Below, piece by piece: positions 57,381 through 64,000 of a DNA stretch of 64,000 bases. Each line of letters starts with the position of its first letter. Position 1 is the stretch's first letter. A program made the position numbers and the translations under genes. The notes beneath the pieces were generated by a model, which saw nothing but the letters and a program-made list of their open reading frames with translations, had not been told where the DNA came from and ran no database searches. Source of the stretch: the human T2T-CHM13v2.0 reference genome, Homo sapiens; assembly GCF_009914755.1 (NCBI RefSeq), contig NC_060937.1, one strand, 5' to 3'.

Positions 57381-59599
57381 ATTTCAGTCCCAAACAAAAG
57401 ATAGATGATGCAAGTGTGAAAAATCCGGATTACCTGAGTGATAGGTATATGCTGTTCATTATACTGTTTTCTGAACTTTTGTATTTGTTCAAAAACTTGC
57501 ATAATAAAAAATATGAACTACTTCATAAAGATAAGGAACAAATACCACAGTAATAAGTAGAATCTATATACTGATAGTCCCATGATTTAGCCTTTTTATT
57601 TGCTTTTGTTTATTGGGATTATATTATAGTTGTCTTCTTTTAATCTGTTTCTAAAATAACCCAAATTTGAAAATTACTTGCCACCATTATCATGACAACA
57701 ATGGTGCTTTTAAAATGTAAATTCTGTGGGTTTTTTTTTTTTTTTTTTTTTTGAAGATTTTGGTATGATTGGAAACTTCACAACATTCTGAAAATAACTT
57801 TAAATAAAATCTTAAGGAATAGGGACGCAATTTATGGGCATTTCCATGGTAAAGGTCCAGGCCACATCTCAGGTCTCATTTCTACTTTGTGTCACATTCC
57901 TTTGGTGGCTGTCACATCACCAATTCTATCATCAAGAGTGGCTCTGAAAAAAAATAAACAAATAACTCTTTTTATCACTCCTCCTCAAAACTAACATATC
58001 CAGACCTTTACATTCCAATGATTTCACTGCTGATCATCATAGGAAATACATAAGATGACAAACATAACCAAAATAAATTACAAACATTACAGTATCTTAC
58101 TAATTCATGGTCCACAGATTGATTGCTGAGATGATTAATAAGATCTCCATTGAATTTCCACCCACAGCTTTCATGCCTGACAATGAAACTCACAAAACCT
58201 GTCTTTTCTTCTTCCTCTCAACTTCCAGGCCAAAGATTCTGCTCCCTGAAAGAACCCAGTGCATTAGTCTCAATGTTTCTTTGCATCTCTCAAGACCTCC
58301 AGATCTACTTAGAGCAACTTCCCTGGGCTTTTGCCCTACAAAGCAACCCCTTTAAAGAATTCTCAAAACAGATTATATAATTATCAAAATCTGTCCTGGA
58401 CACTTTACACATCTATCTAAACCCCTTGATTCTGCCCAATTTATTTAAAGTGCAGAAATTTTCATTTTAAAGTACCTAAAAAGTTTTATTATTTTCAGTT
58501 TTAAACCAGTAAGTATTATCCAAATTTGAGAATTCAGGATATCATCAAGTATAAACATAAGAAAGCTTGCACATGAGTGATGTTCAACAAAACCTTGGAG
58601 CAGACAGGGTTGGGGACAGGATTCTGCTATAGGATTTCCAGGGCTGACTAACAAGTCACCTCTAATAACTGGCTGTGAACAGTATGCCTGGTTGCTGGTC
58701 AACAGAAAGTACTTGTTGCACTGCAGAACACTGAAAATATAGGACGTATTCAGTGACAATTCCTCAAAGGACAACATTGTTAAAAACCAGGATGTGGTCC
58801 CAAATCAGGTTTTACAGGCGTCCCCCTGGAGTTTTCATGAACCACACTAACCCATTAAACCTTGGAAGTCAATAGGCCCCTTGGAACTAGTTTAATTATA
58901 TAGTAACAGATTGTAAAATTAAGTGTTCTATTCCCAGCACTTTCCCATTTAACTTAAATGCATTCCTCAGGGAGGGAGGGGGGAAGCAAAGATCTATAAA
59001 TGGAATGGAAGTGGGGGATTTGTAAAATCATTTTATAGCTTGAGAGAAATATCAACTCCAATAATCCCTCCGCATATTCAGTCGTAGTTGACATGTACGG
59101 AAAAGCAAAGGGCAGAATTCTCTATCTTTTCACCTGAGTAAATCTACCTTTTTAGAATATGGAGAGTAATTACTGTAGCTCCTCTGATGATTTACAATCA
59201 TCTGATGATTACAACAATAATTTGAATTTTGTTCAATTCTACTTTTTCTGTTTGCCACCACTCAAGTGGGGGTCCTCTGCCTTACCTCTGGTAGAAATGA
59301 ATAATGTCAGTGGCTACTATAGAAATGCTGAGTGGTAGATTTTTAAATGGCATAAATTAATACTAAGCTTCTATTTGTTAATCTGATTTAGAAAACTGTC
59401 AAATCCAGAAGTGCTGTTTTTCCCTATTGTTTTACAAGTCTGTACCCAGGTGTTTGGATGAGATCATGATGTCACATCACTCAAGAGAACTGACTGGCAC
59501 TGCCATCTGGCTGCTCCTGGATTAGTCATGTCTCACCAAGCAGGTCACAATTTCATTTGTTTTATAACTGAAATAAAAGTCATTAACATTTGAGCAGAA

Positions 59600-60045
59600 C
59601 ATGTATATATGTATATATAATGTATATATGTATAATATAAATGTATATATATATTTATGCATTTTATATACATACTTATATGTGTATATATACATATATA
59701 CCTAATGTGTATATATGTATATATACATATATACCTAATGTGTATATATATGTATATATACATATATACCTAATGTGTATATATATGTATATATACATAT
59801 ATACCTAATGTGTATATATGTATATATACATATATACCTAATGTGTATATATATGTATACATACATATATACCTAATGTGTATATATGTATACATACATA
59901 TATACCTAATGTGTATATATGTATATATACATATATACCTAATGTGTATATATGTATGTATACATATATACCTAATGTGTATATATATGTATATATACAC
60001 ATATAAGTATATACATAAAATGCAGAAATATAGGTGTATATGTAA
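59600..60045. repeat. TA-rich region with 9 copies of a 33/35-bp minisatellite (cctaatgtgtatatatgtatatatacatatata)
   Basis: cctaatgtg recurs at 59701, 59734, 59769, 59804, 59837, 59872, 59905, 59938 and 59971. Confidence 0.95.
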
Positions 60046-60484
60046 CCTGTAATGTATCCATCAGAACCCAAGGAAAGCTTTCATTAAGAAAAAGATTTGG
60101 GAGATAGTTAGTTACAATTGGACACACTTAAATTGTTTCTCTTAGAAATATGTATTCCTTGTTATTTTTTTTAATCTTCTTACTTTCAGTGTGTTTTACT
60201 CTCCTAAAAATCTAATTATCTAGTGTGTTTCACTTTCACAGAAAAAAAGCAAATATTCTGAGCCCCCATCTCAGAAAACCAGAGCAGGGGCTGGTGGTTT
60301 CAGGGTTTTTTACTCCCTTGAGTTTACAAGAAGGGATAATGAAGACATAATGCACATAAGGCAGGCCTCAGGGAGGCTCTGCAATAACACCAAACTTGCC
60401 ACTGAAAATCTTTAAAAGTTTGTGGCCAGTATCAGATACCCAAGATGAAATTAACCAAGAGTATTTTATTCCCTTCCATCCTGT

Positions 60485-60705
60485 AAAATTTATTAAGCAT
60501 CTAGATCTAATATGTGCCAGGCACTCTGCCAGGCTCTGTCACATAAAATAGCTCATTTAATCTTCACAACATATTATAAGTGGTATTATTAACGTTACAA
60601 GGTGAGCAAAGAGATTCTTCAAGGTTAGAAGACTTGCCCAAAATCACACAGTAATGGTTCAGGCATTTACCTCAAGGCTACTGTTATGAAAGCCAGTGTT
60701 CTTTC
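60485..60705 (-). mobile_element. MIR
   Basis: tatgtgccaggcactctg...ctcatttaatcttcacaac...gacttgcccaaaatcacacag. Confidence 0.8.
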
Positions 60706-60749
60706 CTTTCTTTTATAATTGATTGACCATAGAATAATCTAACAGCATC

Positions 60750-61340
60750 AGGGTTGATACAAAAAGAATGGCCTATCCACGGACAGGAAGAAAATATTTG
60801 CAATAAACATATCTAACAAAGAACTCATATGGAGAATATAAAAAGAGCTTCTATAAATCAAGCAAGTCATATGGAGAATATATAAGGAGCTTCTACAAAT
60901 CAATAGGACAAAGATACACAAGAAAATAGAAGAATGGATGAAAGATTTGAATGAGTACTTCACAAAACAGAATATCCAAATGTTTAATAAGCATATATAA
61001 AAGCATTCATTCATTAGTCATCATGGAAATGCAAATGAAGACTGTGATGAAATAATATACACACACCAGAGTAGCTAACATAAAGAAGACTAAGTGGGTG
61101 AGGGTACACAGCAGTAACTCACTGCTGGTAGAGTGTAAATTGGTATAACACCTATGGAAAACCATTTGGCAGTAGCTACTAAAAGTAAACATGTAAAAGG
61201 CCTATGACTTAGCAAATCTATGCCTAAGTATAAAACCAAGAGAAATGTGTAGATACGTGTACCAAAAGATATGTTCAAGTGCATTCATAGCAGCACGATT
61301 TGTAATAGCCAAAAATTAAAAACTGTCTAAAAGCCCAGAA
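60750..61340 (+). mobile_element. Old L1ME-type ORF2 end fragment
   Basis: aaaatatttgcaataaacatatctaacaaagaactc...ggaaatgcaaatgaag...ggaaaaccatttggcagta. Confidence 0.75.
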
Positions 61341-61509
61341 CGTTTGGTCCATTGAATTAAGTGGTGTGCTTTACTGAATATTACCTACACATACATTAAC
61401 TAAAACATGTCTTTAGTTGATTTATCCTGAATAATCTGCCTACAATTTATTTTCAAATGATATAAAATTCACTTCCCTAAAACAGAGGTTTGTTGTGTCT
61501 AAGTTTTAA

Positions 61510-61768
61510 TATTCGTGTGTGTATAATACATATGTGTATATGCATATGTTCAATTACACACACTCATATACACACATGTATTATATATACACGTGTATAT
61601 GTATGTCTATGTGTGTGTAATTGAACACACACATATATATGTATTATTCCCACAAATATTACATTGAACATACACACATATATATACATATGTATTATAC
61701 ACAGAGACACACGTGTGTGTGTGCATGTGTGTATGTAATTGAACATAAGTATGTATATACATACAACT
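61510..61768. repeat. TA/CA low-complexity block with inverted repeats
   Basis: tgttcaattacacacac (61547-61563) is the exact reverse complement of gtgtgtgtaattgaaca (61611-61627). Confidence 0.85.
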
Positions 61769-62508
61769 CAGGAAATAAGAAGAAAAATATAATTTAATTT
61801 TGTGCAACGAAATTTTGTGTAAGGTTTTGTGCAAAAAAATTAATTCAAAAACTCACATTTTATATAATAAAGATCTAAAAAGAAATCACAGTGCTTGTAT
61901 TTTTAAACCAAGGGGGCTACTGACTTGACGTTTTTAAAATAAAGGAGCAGTTGTTCCAGATTGGAATTTTTATAGTTAATATGTAGGCAGTTAATATGTA
62001 GGCTGAAAAAAAATCTTTTTAGAAATTCCATTCTTGTCGATTCCACTAAGACGAAGGAAGAAACTGTTTTCTATCACTTCTTTTTGAAAAAAAATGAAAA
62101 GAACAGTTTGATTATTTTCTTCTGTAATCTCTAGAGAAGGCTTGCATAGAACAGGCATTAATTAAACCATGATAATGTGGCTCAAAACAAAATGCTTGCT
62201 ATTTAATAGTAAGAGCTGTTTTCATAATTACATATGTGGACTAGTTTATCTATATCCTCATTACCTCACAGTTAGTTAATTTTAGCTTAATTGGAGTGCC
62301 AGGTAAGGTGGTTCATAGTTCTGAATACTAAAGAAGTACCAGAACACATTATTTTCCAATCATCCCAGTGAGCATCAGACATTACAATTTTAATACTACT
62401 TTTGAGTAACCAAAAAGACTGAGATTTGTGAATAAATAATTCCTAATTGATCTCTCTAGTCTGGGTCTGTGGTTTACTGTAACAGAAAGAATATTGATCT
62501 AAATGTCA

Positions 62509-62782
62509 GGTCGGGGGAGGTGGCTCATGCCTGTAATCCCAGAACTTTGGGAGGCCAAGTTGGTCGGCTCACCTGAGGTCAGGAGTTCGAGACCAGCCTG
62601 GCCAACATGGCGGAACCCCCCATCTCCACTAAAAATACAAAAACTAGCCAGGTGTGGTGGTGCACACCTGTAGTCCCAGCTACTCAGGGGGCTGAGGCAG
62701 GAGAATCACTCAGGAGGCAGAGGTTGAAGTGATCCCAGATGGCGCCACTGCACTCCAGCCTGGGTGATAGAGTGGGACTTTG

Positions 62783-62813
<31 letters not shown>
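62509..62813 (+). mobile_element. AluSx-like, inserted in a MIR remnant
   Basis: Dimeric Alu with cacctgaggtcaggagttcgag and a long poly-A tail. Confidence 0.93.
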
Positions 62814-62815
<2 letters not shown>

Positions 62816-63159
62816 AGGAACCTGATTTCAAACTGGCTGTAGCCAAGACAATTTATCTGAGTCTCCATTTCCTTACCTATCAATAAAGGACCCGGAAGAC
62901 ATTGGGTCTCTGGAAGCAACACAATTGTGTTTTGCTTTTCTGACCAGTTCAGCACTGGTCAGACAAGAAGAAAGCCTTAGGTACCCTTGATTCTTTCATC
63001 TGCATAGGTCTAGCAGCCCTGAGTCCTCTACTTACCTAGCTCAGTGGATTAACCTTTTGTGTTGTCAAACACAGTGATGTCTGCAGCTGCTAAATGATTG
63101 CCCCTTGTAAGCTACGACACTCCTGATGACTTCTACTCATCTAGTGGGTTTACACTTAC

Positions 63160-63580
63160 TTGTGTTTGTTCCCAAACTTAATTATGCAGGTCTTATACAT
63201 AATTGTAATTATGTTATTGAATTAAATAGTATGTAAACAAATAATATGAGCATGTAAGGAAAATAATTGTTACTATGACTAAGTTGAATGCTCTGAGGGA
63301 ATTAGTAAAAGTGAGTCTCTAAAATTGCTCTTTATTTAGATGTGGCAACACAAGTGTAAAATAGTGTTTAAAATCTGAAAACATTATGCACTCAGCCTTG
63401 CATTCTATATTTAGGTTCTCAATCCATTTAAAGAAACTCAAGAATCTCAAGGTTTGAGAGGTTGTGCAGTACTCAATGGGCATACACACTCCAATTAATA
63501 CAACTGTAGAATATATTTAATAATTGAACAATTGTATTAATAACAAAAAAAATTTTCTTTCCATTTATGTGTATGATTTT
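63160..63580 (+). mobile_element. Tigger-family (TcMar) remnant with decayed transposase N-terminal HTH
   Basis: aggaaaataattgttactatgactaagttgaatgctctgagggaatta translates RKIIVTMTKLNALREL, resembling the CENP-B/psq-type HTH start of Tigger transposases. Confidence 0.55.
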
Positions 63581-63829
63581 TTTCTGAAGAAGCTACTCAG
63601 TTGTTAGAACATATATCTTTATTAAGTTTGGGAGCCAAACTACCCGATCAACAGTGCTGTTAGCTATTTCTTTTGGCTTAGGAGCACTGTGAAAAAAAGT
63701 ACTAGGGGACAACAAGCATTCTGTGAACTGAGAAAGTTTGGGAACTTCTCCACTGCAGGATGGCAGAGGTACAAGACAGAAGGAACCCATCTAACACCTG
63801 TATTGGTTGTTCTGGAAATTTTTTGTTAT

Positions 63830-63900
63830 AGCAGCTAATGTTACCTTAGCATCTAATGTTGCCTAGAGCAGCTAATGTTACCTGTAGCAGCTAATGTCAC
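63830..63900. repeat. 4 x ~18-19-bp tandem repeat (agcagctaatgttacct) at a probable MLT-type LTR end
   Basis: Copies start at 63830, 63848, 63867 and 63886; flanked by ttgttat... and ...taataca. Confidence 0.85.
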
Positions 63901-64000
63901 TAATACAATGATTTAAATTAATACAATAAATTGAATTTCTATTCGAAGGCAATCCTTAGGATGGAGCTGTGATTAAAGATGATCAATTAGGAATTACAAT

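Noticed and set aside
59545-60071. Tyr/Ile/His-rich ORFs; possible CRISPR-like array
   Set aside because: Head-to-tail TA-rich minisatellite with no unique spacers, in primate DNA.

Overview
This is AT-rich, CpG-poor primate (very probably human) genomic DNA with no recognisable host protein-coding exon, tRNA/rRNA gene or CpG island. The first ~37.6 kb is a nested LINE-1 cluster. It holds old L1M elements interrupted by L1MA3-like, other L1MA and L1PA copies, nine Alus, an ERV1 solo LTR, MaLR LTRs, a MADE1 MITE and a full-length but dead L1PA7-like element with a 17-bp TSD. The remaining ~26 kb is unique sequence interspersed with MIR, L2, MLT1/MSTA/LTR16, DNA-transposon remnants, two more Alus and tandem repeats. 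The longer ORFs in the track are decayed L1 ORF1/ORF2 pieces; the rest are repeat-derived or chance frames. The most unusual structure is at 51949-52191: a fold-back unit with 52-bp inverted termini, an internal pre-miRNA-like hairpin and a 122-bp templated copy of nearby sequence joined by 3-bp microhomologies, with a third arm copy at 54320. Other template-switch scars (a micro-inversion in L1 ORF2, small inverted duplications) and candidate minus-strand non-coding exons are also noted. Subfamily names come from recalled consensus features, not a database search. Boundaries without a TSD are approximate.
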